Source of the DNA: a bacterium
GTDB lineage: Bacteria; Patescibacteriota; Patescibacteriia; UBA9934
Length of the DNA: 64,000 nucleotides
Direction of reading: 5' to 3'
NCBI GenBank assembly: GCA_027592325.1
Contig: JAQCKO010000001.1
Location: 20,247 to 84,246, forward strand
Shown here: in pieces, positions 41,553 through 51,814 of the stretch
How the letters are laid out: each line of letters opens with the position of its first letter
Numbering within the stretch: position 1 is the first letter of the stretch
Notes under the pieces: generated by a model
Told to the model about the DNA's origin: nothing
What the model saw: only the letters and a program-made list of their open reading frames with translations
The model's database searches: none
Translations under genes and position numbers: made by a program

Positions 41553-41917
41553 TAGGCGAGTTCCGCTTTGATTTTGTCGATCACATCTCCAATAGATGTA
41601 TCTGATTTCACAATAAAATCTTTTGCGCCGAGTTCTTTTGCCCGAGCCATATCTTCATCTTGTCCAAGATTTGACAGCACATAAACAGGAATAGTGTTTA
41701 GATCACTATCTGCAGACATTGCTTCAAGTACTCCAAATCCATCGAGCTTTGGCATGATAAGATCGAGTAAAATGAGTTTTGGACGAGCGCCTCGCATCAT
41801 TTCAAGCCCCATTTCTCCGTCAACAGCAAACTCTGCATCAATCCCTTCGTTTTTGAGCTTCGTACTGTAAATTTTTGAGAGGAATTTATCGTCCTCAATA
41901 ATCAACACTTGAGCCAT
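41552..41917 (-). CDS. Single-domain response regulator (receiver)
   Basis: VLIIEDD, LLDLIMPKLDGF, GAKDFIVK; TAATG coupling to pilB. Confidence 0.93.
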   Translation of the reverse strand: MAQVLIIEDDKFLSKIYSTKLKNEGIDAEFAVDGEMGLEMMRGARPKLILLDLIMPKLDGFGVLEAMSADSDLNTIPVYVLSNLGQDEDMARAKELGAKDFIVKSDTSIGDVIDKIKAELA

Positions 41918-41939
41918 ACTAACTTCATTATACCATTTT

Positions 41940-43634
41940 TTACCACGATCCACCTCCGCCTCCACCAAAACCACCCCCAGAGACTCCCCCACCAGATGAA
42001 CCGCTTGACGTCGGAGCGGCCGCAGATGCAATACTTGTCGTAACCGCGCTGAGATCATTCAAGACGGTCAAAGCACCGTACTGTACTCCATTTGCATGAA
42101 CCCATTCCGGAGTTTTGACGTTGATATCCTTGAATACGTTCGCCCATTTATGCGTAAGTTTAAACGCGATCGCGTAGGGAAGCATTGTTGTAAATAATTG
42201 TTCATCTTCTTCAAATTTAGCACGATATGTTTCTGCTGTTTCTAAATAGAGTTTGAATCCGAGCAATCTTCTCACCAATTCATTACCAGCTGGCGTACGC
42301 TTTGGCATCAATACTCCAAAACAGACGGTCAAGAGCCCTGAAAACACTGATGTCACAATCAATAAACTCCCATATACGGTCCCGCCAAAAAATGTACCCA
42401 TGACAAATATCGCCATGCCCACCAGCATAAAGACAATCACATGTCTGTGACTATTTTTTGTGAAGATATCGGCGTTGTCTATTGCCTGTTTTAGCTTCGG
42501 TTTCACTTGTGTTTCTATTTTTTCTGCGCCGTTTTTTTTGAATGCAGCGAGCGTAACCGTTTCACGTTCGGAAAACAACAGATCAAAAAGCGCTTTATGC
42601 GCAGAATCAAGTCCTTCCCCGTCGCGTTTTTTTACAAAATGTAATTTGGTTTCAGGAATTCGCTTAGATGTATGCTCATCAACAACAATCGTCAGGTACC
42701 CGCTTGAAGCAAGGGTAATAATCATGACAGAAATATCATGAGAGACTACTCCCGTGCGCGTAAACATTCCTGCATATGTTGGCAGTAAATCGTTAGGGGA
42801 TTCGTACTCTGCAATAATGGTATGCATTCTAGGGTCTCGGCCATGTCTGAACCAAAACCATACGACAAAGAATATCCAAATAAGGGGCATTGCTGCGAGC
42901 CAATTATCTTCTAGAAACCACGTCAAACGCTCGGAACCCAAAGGCTCTCTCACAATACCTTTTGTGAACCCAATCGCTATTGTCCCAAATCCATCACCGG
43001 TAAAAATAGCCCCCTGATCAAGAGCATCTTCCGACGTTTTTTCTATTGTACAGTTTTGTTCCTTAGAGCCGAATGTCCCCGTATAACAACTTTCCTCAAG
43101 CGAATATGCTCCTTCTGGCAATCTTACCGACCCACTAAACATACTTACAGGCACCTCCCACTCTTCCCCTGTCACATTCCAGTAGAATTCATCTTTGTCC
43201 TCTAAGTAGAGAAGCGCCCTGTCAACGGTATAAAAAATTGTGTAATTGTGTTGCCGCTGAGTAAGGTAGACGTCCGGGTCTCCGATTTTAATGCGTACAT
43301 AGCGTCCTGCGCGAGAAATTTCGAACGGAACTTCCTTTCCATCCATATATACCGCATACACATCTAGTTCAATACGTTGTCTATTTCCAAATTGATCCGT
43401 GTAACGGAATGGAATATCCCGAAATATGCCATGTTTCATTGATCCTTCAAAGAAATTCGTAGCTATTTCTTCTCGCACCGAAATTGTCGCGTCTTCATGT
43501 ATCTCAATATCAACATGCATCCGATCAATCGCCCAGCTACCCGAAGAAGGCTGTGCGTCTACAAGTCGCGGAAAAAGAAAACTACTCGAGGAACAGATTA
43601 CGATTAACAATATGACCTTCCAGTGTTTCTGCAT
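41940..43634 (-). CDS. DUF2207-family membrane protein
   Basis: HGIFRDIP, YWNVTG, LPYAIA, Gly-rich GGGFGGGGGGSW end. Confidence 0.92.
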   Translation of the reverse strand: MQKHWKVILLIVICSSSSFLFPRLVDAQPSSGSWAIDRMHVDIEIHEDATISVREEIATNFFEGSMKHGIFRDIPFRYTDQFGNRQRIELDVYAVYMDGKEVPFEISRAGRYVRIKIGDPDVYLTQRQHNYTIFYTVDRALLYLEDKDEFYWNVTGEEWEVPVSMFSGSVRLPEGAYSLEESCYTGTFGSKEQNCTIEKTSEDALDQGAIFTGDGFGTIAIGFTKGIVREPLGSERLTWFLEDNWLAAMPLIWIFFVVWFWFRHGRDPRMHTIIAEYESPNDLLPTYAGMFTRTGVVSHDISVMIITLASSGYLTIVVDEHTSKRIPETKLHFVKKRDGEGLDSAHKALFDLLFSERETVTLAAFKKNGAEKIETQVKPKLKQAIDNADIFTKNSHRHVIVFMLVGMAIFVMGTFFGGTVYGSLLIVTSVFSGLLTVCFGVLMPKRTPAGNELVRRLLGFKLYLETAETYRAKFEEDEQLFTTMLPYAIAFKLTHKWANVFKDINVKTPEWVHANGVQYGALTVLNDLSAVTTSIASAAAPTSSGSSGGGVSGGGFGGGGGGSW

Positions 43635-44574
43635 ATTTAGGCTCTCCGGCGGGAGTTGTTAAGAAAAAGAAGTAATTATGTGATGTCGGATTTGCAACAG
43701 CTTGAAGCGCATCTAAGCCTGGAGAGGCGACTGGCCCCGGCGGAAGGCCCGTATTACGATACGTATTATAGGCAGATTCAACCGCTAAATCATCGAAACT
43801 TGGTCGAGTTGTCTTTTTGCCAGTGACATAATTTACCGTTGCATCAGATTGGAGCGCCATACCAATTTCGAGACGGTTAAAGAAGATTCCTGCAACAATT
43901 TCCATTTGGTCGGACGTTAATACTTCTCGCTGCACAATAGATGCAAGTGTGATCGAGTCATGCAGACTCAGATTTGGGTGTATCACAACCCGCTCCTGCA
44001 TTGTATCAAGCAATGTTTTTGCGACATCTTCTGCTGTTGCTGATGTGAAAAATCGATAGGTATCTGGAAAGAAATATCCTTCAAGAGAAGGAAGATCCGC
44101 TACTTCTTCTGCGCGGACGATGAGTGGATGATCTGAGAATGGACCAGGGAGCTCAGTTGCCGCCCGCCATTTCTCCTGAGAGATGCCAGAAATAGCCGCA
44201 AGCTCCTCACCAATTTGCTTCATCGTATAGCCTTCTGGAATCGTCAGAGTAAATTCTTCCCTTGCCTGCGTGCTGCTCAGAATATCTGTAATGGTCTTAT
44301 ACGATGCTCCGCGTGGCAACGAAAACACCCCTGCGTGTAATTCTGAAGACCGGCCAGAAAGCCGCAAATAGACCTTGTACCAAAATGTATTATTCACAAT
44401 GCGCTGATCACCAAGTTCTCCCGCAATCGCACGCGCGCTTGTGCCTGAGGCAATCTCAAGTTGCACCGTATCTGACGAAGCACCACGTAGCCATGTATTC
44501 CAAACAAAACTCGTGGCTATTGGGAGACTTATGAGCAAAAGGAGAACGAATAGAGACGTAAGAATTGTTTTCAT
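43582..44574 (-). CDS. mltG: Endolytic transglycosylase MltG
   Basis: TIPEG, LEGYFFPDTY, LASIVQRE, LQSDATV, YNTY...GLPPGP. Confidence 0.95.
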   Translation of the reverse strand: MKTILTSLFVLLLLISLPIATSFVWNTWLRGASSDTVQLEIASGTSARAIAGELGDQRIVNNTFWYKVYLRLSGRSSELHAGVFSLPRGASYKTITDILSSTQAREEFTLTIPEGYTMKQIGEELAAISGISQEKWRAATELPGPFSDHPLIVRAEEVADLPSLEGYFFPDTYRFFTSATAEDVAKTLLDTMQERVVIHPNLSLHDSITLASIVQREVLTSDQMEIVAGIFFNRLEIGMALQSDATVNYVTGKKTTRPSFDDLAVESAYNTYRNTGLPPGPVASPGLDALQAVANPTSHNYFFFLTTPAGEPKYAETLEGHIVNRNLFLE

Positions 44575-45068
44575 AGAATCAACATCAGGATTGAAATCAA
44601 GCTTCCTAAAATGAAGCCAGCAAGAACATCTGACACATAATGAACACCTGTAAATAAGCGTGAAGCGGCAATGAACCCGGCAACAATAGCGAAAAGCAAA
44701 ACATACCAAGAAACTGCGGCAACATTTGAAATGATGAATAGATGCGAGAGCGTTGCTGATGCTGCGAAACTCGCAGCGGTATGTGTAGAGGGAAAACTAT
44801 ACGTATGAACCCAAAGATCGAACGTTGCTTCGGTACGCGGGCGCGGTCGCTTCACGAAATATTGAAGACAGAGCGCAATAACACTTGGAATGAATACGGC
44901 AAAAAACATTCCAATGAGCTGCGATGCATCTTGCAAAATGAGAACAAGTGCCAAATAAACGAGCAAGTAAAAATACAGGCCAAACCTGGCCACAAAAAAC
45001 CAAAATGGACGAAACGCCCCTCCTGCATTGTAGAAGCCTTCCGAAAGGCGCTGATCAATATTCTTCAC
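44571..45068 (-). CDS. PAP2-family phosphatase
   Basis: KRPRP, SFPSTH, SRLFTGVHY.SD; GTG start. Confidence 0.9.
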   Translation of the reverse strand: MKNIDQRLSEGFYNAGGAFRPFWFFVARFGLYFYLLVYLALVLILQDASQLIGMFFAVFIPSVIALCLQYFVKRPRPRTEATFDLWVHTYSFPSTHTAASFAASATLSHLFIISNVAAVSWYVLLFAIVAGFIAASRLFTGVHYVSDVLAGFILGSLISILMLIL

Positions 45069-45085
45069 AGGATGATTGTAGCAAA

Positions 45086-45862
45086 TTACGGCAACTTTTT
45101 CACAGACTTCTGAAGCCGTTTCATCTCGGCACGTTTTTCTTCTATTCCGGCCATAATCTTGTCTGCATGCTTTGGACGTTCAAGGTTTTTTTGCGTATAG
45201 GGACAGGCATCGGCAATGGGACATGCCCAGCAGCGTGGATTTTTTATACAGATATACCGTCCAAATGGCACAAACACCTGATTTACAATACGTTTATTCT
45301 CGTCTGGAATAAGCTCAAGAAGTTGTGTCTCGGTTGATGCAGGTGTGTGAGATTTCACCCATCCAAGACGTTTTGTGACCCGATGGACATGCGTATCAAC
45401 GGCAATTGCAGGCTTGTTAAATGCATACGGTAAGAGAACACTAGCCGTTTTACGTCCAACCCCTGGAAGCTGTATCAATTCCTCCATAGTCTTCGGCACT
45501 TCCCCGCCAAATGTATCGCAGAGCATAATGCCAAGTGCCACCAAATGCGTTGCTTTTTGACGAAACATACCAATGCTTGAGATATACGGAAGAATCTCTT
45601 CTTTTGATGCCCCTGCAAGCGCATGTGCGTCGGGAAATCGATCAAATAATGCCGGTAGTAGTTTCAAGACCTGTTCATCCCGCGTTCTTGCAGAAAGAAG
45701 AACAGCTACCAAACATTGATAGCTATTTCCAATCGCAAGCCCGCCCTGTTCTGGAAACGCCTTTTTCAGTCGATTAAGAACGTCGATCACGATTTCTTGT
45801 TGATTCTCGCTTCGATTGATTCCTGCCTTGGCAGGAATGACGAATTTCTGATGCTGAGCCAT
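45086..45862 (-). CDS. nth: Endonuclease III
   Basis: LLSA.T.D, LPGVGRKTA, AVDTHV.R, C.(x5)C..C.....C. Confidence 0.93.
   Translation of the reverse strand: MAQHQKFVIPAKAGINRSENQQEIVIDVLNRLKKAFPEQGGLAIGNSYQCLVAVLLSARTRDEQVLKLLPALFDRFPDAHALAGASKEEILPYISSIGMFRQKATHLVALGIMLCDTFGGEVPKTMEELIQLPGVGRKTASVLLPYAFNKPAIAVDTHVHRVTKRLGWVKSHTPASTETQLLELIPDENKRIVNQVFVPFGRYICIKNPRCWACPIADACPYTQKNLERPKHADKIMAGIEEKRAEMKRLQKSVKKLP
45818..45843. repeat. REP-like palindrome encoding VIPAKAGI in the Nth N-terminus
   Basis: GATTCCTGCCTTGGCAGGAATGACGA. Confidence 0.85.
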
Positions 45863-45919
45863 GCCCCGAGCTTATCATCTTCGCATCAAACCTCCAACGT
45901 CACACCTGAACCTGTTCTA

Positions 45920-46777
45920 TTACGACCTACAGTAGACACGCTGTTCCTTGTATCGATGGTACTCAATCCCTTCATCTGCATCACCCGACTCACGAGGCTG
46001 ATAGACGAATACATTGACGCATTTTTGATCAACCCATTCAATGCGCGCTCCACCAGCTCCGCCAAGACCACCGTAATACTCAGAAAAATATTCCTCATCT
46101 TCGGTTAATTCTCCGACTGTCTCACGCTCCCCCGTCAGGAGATTCATGACGACGACATTCGGATTCCCCTCATGCGCGCTCGGATTATCGTACACATACA
46201 CAACCCACTCTTCTGTTGGACTCACCGCATGAGAACCAAACATTGGCGAAGAATTTTCAAAAATTGCATCCTCAACAATCGTACCTGTTTCTACGTCTAA
46301 ATAGGCTAGCTGTACATTCGGGACCTCGCCTTCAGGTATTTTACGCACAATCACACGACCATCGTAATTAAGTTGAGGTACCGCATACAATTGGTGTGCA
46401 GCATCGCCACGAGTAGCGCGATGAACAGCAACCTCATCTCCTGTTTCACGGTCAATCATGTAGATACCTGATGCATAATCACCTGAAAAAAGCGGTCCGT
46501 TATAGAAAAGTGGAGGTACTGTACTGAGACGCTGTTTGTATGTTTCCATCGTGTTGTCAAGCCGTTTTTGATACTCTGCCTGTAATTCGGCCTCGGCTGT
46601 AAGTGAATCAGCCGCCATATCGCGCTGACGAAGAAAAACAAATACAAGTAGAGCCAGTGCGGCAAGTACAAGGATAAATAATACAACGAAAAGTCCGGTA
46701 GAGGCATGGCCATGTCGGCGTAAATGTTCAGGTGACGGCATAGGTACACCAGCAGGTCGTTTGAGTTCTTCAGGCAT
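45920..46777 (-). CDS. Membrane-anchored hypothetical protein (partial beta-propeller-like)
   Basis: TM helix then coiled coil and beta-rich repeats. Confidence 0.75.
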   Translation of the reverse strand: MPEELKRPAGVPMPSPEHLRRHGHASTGLFVVLFILVLAALALLVFVFLRQRDMAADSLTAEAELQAEYQKRLDNTMETYKQRLSTVPPLFYNGPLFSGDYASGIYMIDRETGDEVAVHRATRGDAAHQLYAVPQLNYDGRVIVRKIPEGEVPNVQLAYLDVETGTIVEDAIFENSSPMFGSHAVSPTEEWVVYVYDNPSAHEGNPNVVVMNLLTGERETVGELTEDEEYFSEYYGGLGGAGGARIEWVDQKCVNVFVYQPRESGDADEGIEYHRYKEQRVYCRS

Positions 46778-46881
46778 ATAAGCGTGATTAATGAAAAGTG
46801 ATTAGGGTTATAGCTTCGATGTTCGAACGGACAACACAGCTCACCTTATCTCGTGGCTCAAATCTGCTGTGTTGTCGAACA

Positions 46882-48471
46882 TTATAACAAACTGGTTCCT
46901 GTCATCTGCGGAGGCTTCTTAATCCCCATCGATTCGAGAATTGTCGGTGCAATATCAGCAAGCATGCCAACGGGTGGTAACATCGACAGATCCCCGTTTG
47001 GGACATCGCCAGAAAGTCCTGGCCGACCTTCTAAATGATTCGCAATCACCCAAAATGGAACTGGATTCGTGCTATGTTCTTTGTCACGCTCCCCTGTCTG
47101 TACATTCATCACCTCTTCCGCATTTCCATGATCCGCCGTAATAAACACCACTCCATTTTTCTCAAGTGTTTTTTTTACAATTGTTCCAAGACATTCATCG
47201 GTAACTTTCATTGCCTCAAGCGTGGCTTCATAATTTCCTGTATGCGCAACCATGTCCGGATTCGCGAAATTAATCGCTATAAAATCGTAATTGTCTGTTT
47301 CAATTTGGCGCACAACTTCTGCCGTCATTTCTCGCGCTGACATCTCTGGTTGTTCATCGTAGTTTGCAACATTTGGTGATGGAATAATTTTTCGGTCCTC
47401 GGCCGGAAATGGTTTTTCATGCGCCCCATTCAAGAAAAACGTTACATGAGCATATTTTTCTGTTTCTGCAATGTGCAATTGCGTCATTCCTGCTTTTGAA
47501 ATCACCTCTGCAAGCGTATTTTCAAGAAACACCGGTGGATACGCGACGGTAACCGGAAGTCCCGTTTCATATTCAGTCATGGTGATAAACGGGACATTTT
47601 TCATGTAAGCACGATCAAACGCGTCAAAGCCTGGCATCACAAATGCCTTCGTTATTTGCCGCGCACGGTCAGGACGAAAGTTAAAGAAGATTACCACATC
47701 TCCTTCATTGACGGTTGCAATGGGTTTGCCGCGTTTGGTCATGACGGTTGGCAAAAATTGCTCATCATACACCTCTTTGGCGTACGATGCCTTAATCGCT
47801 TCTATTGGATCTTCCGCTACCACTGCTGACTCCCCAAGCGCAATGGCACGATACGCTCTTTGCGTGCGGTCCCAGCGCGTATCCCTATCCATTGCATAGT
47901 AACGGCCTGAAAGGGTTGCAATCTCCCCAATGCCAATATCATCCATCTGTGTGATGAGTTCTGAAACAAATTCAAGGCCTGAATTATAAAGGGTATCACG
48001 ACCGTCAAGAATTGGATGCACGGCAACACGCTTGAGGCGTTTTTTCTTCGCCATGCGTAAAATTTCATAGCAATGCCGATTCGCTCCATGCACATTCCCA
48101 GACGACATAATACCCATCACATGCAGCGTGCCCTTGGTTTGCTTCACATGCTTCAATGCTGAAAGGATCGCCTCATTCTCGTAAAAGGCGCGCGATTCAA
48201 TATCACGTTCAATCCGAGGAAGCGACTGATAGTAAACGCGACCAGCTCCAATGGTCAAATGACCTACTTGTGAGTTTCCCATCTCGCCCCACATGAGTCC
48301 GACAGTCTCCCCCGATGCCCGCAACGTCATGGTTGGATAGCGCTTGATAAAACTGTCGATATTGGGTGTTTTTGCTCGTGTAACCGCATTGCCCTCTCCA
48401 TCTGGCGCAACACCAAGCCCGTCACAAACAATTAATACTGCCGGTCGTGGACGTTGATTTGCATTTGACAT
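46882..48471 (-). CDS. gpmI: 2,3-BPG-independent phosphoglycerate mutase
   Basis: MGNSQVGH, DGRD, GRYYAMDRD, AETEKYAHVTFF, ADHGNAE. Confidence 0.97.
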   Translation of the reverse strand: MSNANQRPRPAVLIVCDGLGVAPDGEGNAVTRAKTPNIDSFIKRYPTMTLRASGETVGLMWGEMGNSQVGHLTIGAGRVYYQSLPRIERDIESRAFYENEAILSALKHVKQTKGTLHVMGIMSSGNVHGANRHCYEILRMAKKKRLKRVAVHPILDGRDTLYNSGLEFVSELITQMDDIGIGEIATLSGRYYAMDRDTRWDRTQRAYRAIALGESAVVAEDPIEAIKASYAKEVYDEQFLPTVMTKRGKPIATVNEGDVVIFFNFRPDRARQITKAFVMPGFDAFDRAYMKNVPFITMTEYETGLPVTVAYPPVFLENTLAEVISKAGMTQLHIAETEKYAHVTFFLNGAHEKPFPAEDRKIIPSPNVANYDEQPEMSAREMTAEVVRQIETDNYDFIAINFANPDMVAHTGNYEATLEAMKVTDECLGTIVKKTLEKNGVVFITADHGNAEEVMNVQTGERDKEHSTNPVPFWVIANHLEGRPGLSGDVPNGDLSMLPPVGMLADIAPTILESMGIKKPPQMTGTSLL

Positions 48472-48515
48472 ACGGGGGCATTATACAGGTTTCAAGGCTC
48501 AGAAGACAGGTACCC

Positions 48516-48706
48516 GTCATTTCTGCAAAGCGGTGGCAGCTAGGCGGAGCCTGGTCCGGTCTGCCCGGCTTCGACGTGGCTCTGCCGGAGAATCCGACGT
48601 TTCTATTATTGCGCCCGCCTGCCCTTAACGAAAGCCCGTCTGACGCGGGCGTGGAAATCTCTCTGATTCGAATCGATCCTTCGACTCACGGCATTCGCTC
48701 AAGATG
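48516..48706. repeat. Cluster of GC-rich REP-like hairpins
   Basis: CGTCATTTCTGC...GAATCC and GATCCTTCGACTC...TCGCTCAAGATGA. Confidence 0.55.
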
Positions 48707-48733
48707 AAAAAAACGCACTGAGTGCGTTTTTTT
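48706..48733. terminator. Bidirectional terminator after secF
   Basis: A-tract CGCAC TGA GTGCG T-tract. Confidence 0.75.
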
Positions 48734-48759
48734 TACGTTCTGATTGTACAAACGATGTT

Positions 48760-49662
48760 CTACTCTTTCCCTTTCGATCCCATTTTCTCCCACAAAACAA
48801 GCAGCGGAGATGCAACAAAAATCGATGAATACGCTCCTGAGACAACTCCAATAATGAGCGCCAGAATGAACGGTCGCGTTGTTTCTCCACCAAAGAAGTA
48901 AATTGCTAACAAAACAAGAAGCGTTGTCAGCGAAGTATTCATCGATCGCGCAAAACTTTGCACAACACTCATATTTACCACCTCACCAAAGTTCATTTTT
49001 TTATGCCGATTCTGCGTCAGATTTTCCCGTGTACGGTCAAAAACGACAATGGTATCATTAATTGAATAGCCCAGAATCGTGAGCAACGCCGCAACAACGG
49101 CAGTATCAACCTGATATCCAAACGTCGATCCAAGTACAGCAAATACGCCAAGCGGGATCATCACATCGTGTATCGCTGCAATAATAGTAAGTAGTCCATA
49201 TTTCCAACTTGAAATTGGTTCTGATACTTTTCGGAATGCCCATGCGACATAAACGACAATAAGCGCGAGAAGCAATGCGACTGCCACAATTGAGCGCCGC
49301 TTTAGCTCGTCACCAATGACAGGCCCAACACTTTCAAACCGTAGCTCTTCAAACTCTCCGAATGACGCAGCAAATGCGGCAAGAAGCTCATCATGCTGTT
49401 CACGTGTCAGCGGTTCAGTTTTGAGCAAAAACCCTCCATCTGTCGTTTGTACCGATGCATCATATCCGGCTGATTCTGACGCAGCGCGCATCTCTTCAAG
49501 ACTGACTTCAGCAACAGGATTGACTTCAAGAAGACTTCCTCCTGTAAAGTCGATACCGAGATTAAGTCCAAAGGTCAAAATTGCGACCATCGATGCAATG
49601 ACGAGGAGTGACGATATTCCGAGCCAGATTGGTGAACGTTTGATAATTTCGAACGACTGCAT
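48760..49662 (-). CDS. secF: Protein translocase SecF
   Basis: LGIDFTGG, VGPVIG.EL, HDV, GYSINDTIVVFDR.RE. Confidence 0.97.
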   Translation of the reverse strand: MQSFEIIKRSPIWLGISSLLVIASMVAILTFGLNLGIDFTGGSLLEVNPVAEVSLEEMRAASESAGYDASVQTTDGGFLLKTEPLTREQHDELLAAFAASFGEFEELRFESVGPVIGDELKRRSIVAVALLLALIVVYVAWAFRKVSEPISSWKYGLLTIIAAIHDVMIPLGVFAVLGSTFGYQVDTAVVAALLTILGYSINDTIVVFDRTRENLTQNRHKKMNFGEVVNMSVVQSFARSMNTSLTTLLVLLAIYFFGGETTRPFILALIIGVVSGAYSSIFVASPLLVLWEKMGSKGKE

Positions 49663-49663
49663 A

Positions 49664-51685
49664 CTACTTCTTTTTCTTATCGCCATTATAGAGCCATGGC
49701 TTTTGGAACAGCTTAAATTGACTTGCGAATTTGAGGAATACACGCGTTACAAGAACTGCCGTAAGCATAGAGATAATAATACCGAGCGCGAGTGTGAGGG
49801 CAAATCCCTTCACAAAGCTGGTACTCATAGCGAACAGAATAATCGCCGCAATGAGCGTGGTTGCATTTCCATCACGAATGGATGTCCAGGCCCGTTTGAA
49901 TCCTTCGTTGATTGCAGAAGGAAGATCACGCCCACTGCGAAGCTCTTCTTTCAATCGCTCAAAGATAAGCACATTCGCATCAACGGCCATTCCGATCGAA
50001 AGGATGAATCCAGCGATTGACGCAAGGCTCAGAGTCACGCCAAGCCATTTGTAGAGGGCGAGGTTCGTCACGGTGTACACGCCAAGCGCCAGCACAGCAA
50101 TGACTCCAGCAAGGCGATAATAGAGAATCATGAAGGCAGTGACCAAAATGAGCCCAGCGATTGCGGCTTGAATACTCCGATCAAGTGAAACCTGCCCAAG
50201 GGTTGGTCCAACGGTTCGTTGAGAAAGCAGATCGATCGGCACCGGAAGTGCCCCTGCATTTAGGCGCTGCGCAAGAAGTTTTGCTTCATCGAGGGTAAAT
50301 CCACCAGTAATTGTTGCCTCACCTCCGTAAATCGCTTGCTGAACAATAGGGGTCGAAATCGCCTCTCCATCAAGGAAGATTCCTATAACCTCTCCAATAT
50401 TCGCTTCGGTGATTTGGCCAAACAGCTCTCCCCCAACCGCGTCAAAATCTAAAACGACGAATGGTGTTCCAGTGAATTGATCGAAGGCTACTGAAGCACC
50501 TCGGACATTCCCTCCAGAAAGTTCGGTATTCTCCCAAGGATCAATGCTGAGTACATCTCCGGCCGTTGTCCATGGCATTTCAATATGCGCAATTTCATAT
50601 GCCGTTTTTGAACGAGTATCCTCTCGGAATATGAGATGATATCCGAATTGCGTTTCAACAAGCTCAGAAATCTCTCCGTCAGAAAGATCATCAAAAAGCG
50701 CATTTTCAAATGGTTCGACCATCATGCCACGAGTCACCCAGTCAAGGCTTCCGCCGACTGTTGCCGACGCTGTGTCATCACTTTGCTCTTCAGCCACCTC
50801 TGCAAAATTCTCTTTCGTCAAATTGGAAAGCAGTTCTTGCGCGAGCAGCTGTGCCTCTATTTTTGTTCGATCATTTGTACATCCCTCTGAATCTTGGTGA
50901 CAAAGCAAAATATGTGACCCAAGCACCTCTTCGCGTGCTTCAGATCGGAGGTAATTTACAATGTGAATTGATGACGTTCCTTCATATAATCCATCAACGA
51001 CACCTGGCTGCAGGCGACGATTCGAAGCGAATTCATCAGCGAGTCCATCAAAAATCGGATGCGTATCATCAATGAATCCAATATATCCACCTAATTGAGC
51101 GGTGGTGATATCAACCGAAAGTTCCCCTGCAATGACAGAAAAATCTTCTCCAGCAAATGCACGGTCAAGAACGGCAAGGGCATCTTCGCGCTCAATAGTA
51201 TTTGCGGAATCAATCTCTGCTTGCTGTTCGTCAGTGACTTCAAGGTCAACCTCTTCAAGAGGTGTTTTGAACTCCAGAATAGGCGTTTCCCCAATTTCCT
51301 GAATGGCATCGCTAATATCGAAGACTCCGGCAAGCTCAACAATGACACGATAGTGATCGCCCTGAATATTCGTTTGTACGACAGGTTCCGAAACACCATA
51401 TGCGTTCACACGGCGCTCGATCACATCGCGAACGCCCTCCAGTGCATTTGCGCGATCTGACTCCGGAATAGTCGTCATATCAGCCTCGTACACCAAATGC
51501 GCTCCGCCTTGAAGGTCGAGACCTAGCCGAAATGGTTCGTCGTTGAGCGGAAGTGCGCTACCCAAAACCTGATTCCAAGGTCCAGGAAAAGCGACGGAGA
51601 GAAAGAAAAAAGACAACAATAGAACACCTACGACACTCGCCGTCAGTTTTCGCATCAATTTCGATCGTTTCGTTGATTTTGCCAT
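49664..51685 (-). CDS. secD: Protein translocase SecD with two inserted parvulin (PPIase) domains
   Basis: LGLDLQGG, GVSEP, GALPVP, GMAVDANVLIFER; insert SHIL...F...A...S.D..S...GG.L.W....M...FE.A......G..S..VETQFGYH. Confidence 0.95.
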   Translation of the reverse strand: MAKSTKRSKLMRKLTASVVGVLLLSFFFLSVAFPGPWNQVLGSALPLNDEPFRLGLDLQGGAHLVYEADMTTIPESDRANALEGVRDVIERRVNAYGVSEPVVQTNIQGDHYRVIVELAGVFDISDAIQEIGETPILEFKTPLEEVDLEVTDEQQAEIDSANTIEREDALAVLDRAFAGEDFSVIAGELSVDITTAQLGGYIGFIDDTHPIFDGLADEFASNRRLQPGVVDGLYEGTSSIHIVNYLRSEAREEVLGSHILLCHQDSEGCTNDRTKIEAQLLAQELLSNLTKENFAEVAEEQSDDTASATVGGSLDWVTRGMMVEPFENALFDDLSDGEISELVETQFGYHLIFREDTRSKTAYEIAHIEMPWTTAGDVLSIDPWENTELSGGNVRGASVAFDQFTGTPFVVLDFDAVGGELFGQITEANIGEVIGIFLDGEAISTPIVQQAIYGGEATITGGFTLDEAKLLAQRLNAGALPVPIDLLSQRTVGPTLGQVSLDRSIQAAIAGLILVTAFMILYYRLAGVIAVLALGVYTVTNLALYKWLGVTLSLASIAGFILSIGMAVDANVLIFERLKEELRSGRDLPSAINEGFKRAWTSIRDGNATTLIAAIILFAMSTSFVKGFALTLALGIIISMLTAVLVTRVFLKFASQFKLFQKPWLYNGDKKKK

Positions 51686-51814
51686 AAATTTTGCTGCCGA
51701 AACCTTACGCGATTCATTCTAAAAAGTAAAGATTCCGTGGTGGATAGGTTGTTTGCAGGGTGAAATAGAATGGAGACCGGAAAAGAGTCCGATAGATCCC
51801 CCATTGGGCCGCAG

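Noticed and set aside
14642-49743. Long N-terminal extensions in the ORF track (DUF389, HAD, response regulator, mltG, secF)
   Set aside because: Longest-ORF artefacts overlapping upstream genes; downstream ATGs fit better
49316-50020. 234-aa ORF antisense to secD/secF and similar shadow ORFs
   Set aside because: Antisense shadows of well-supported genes
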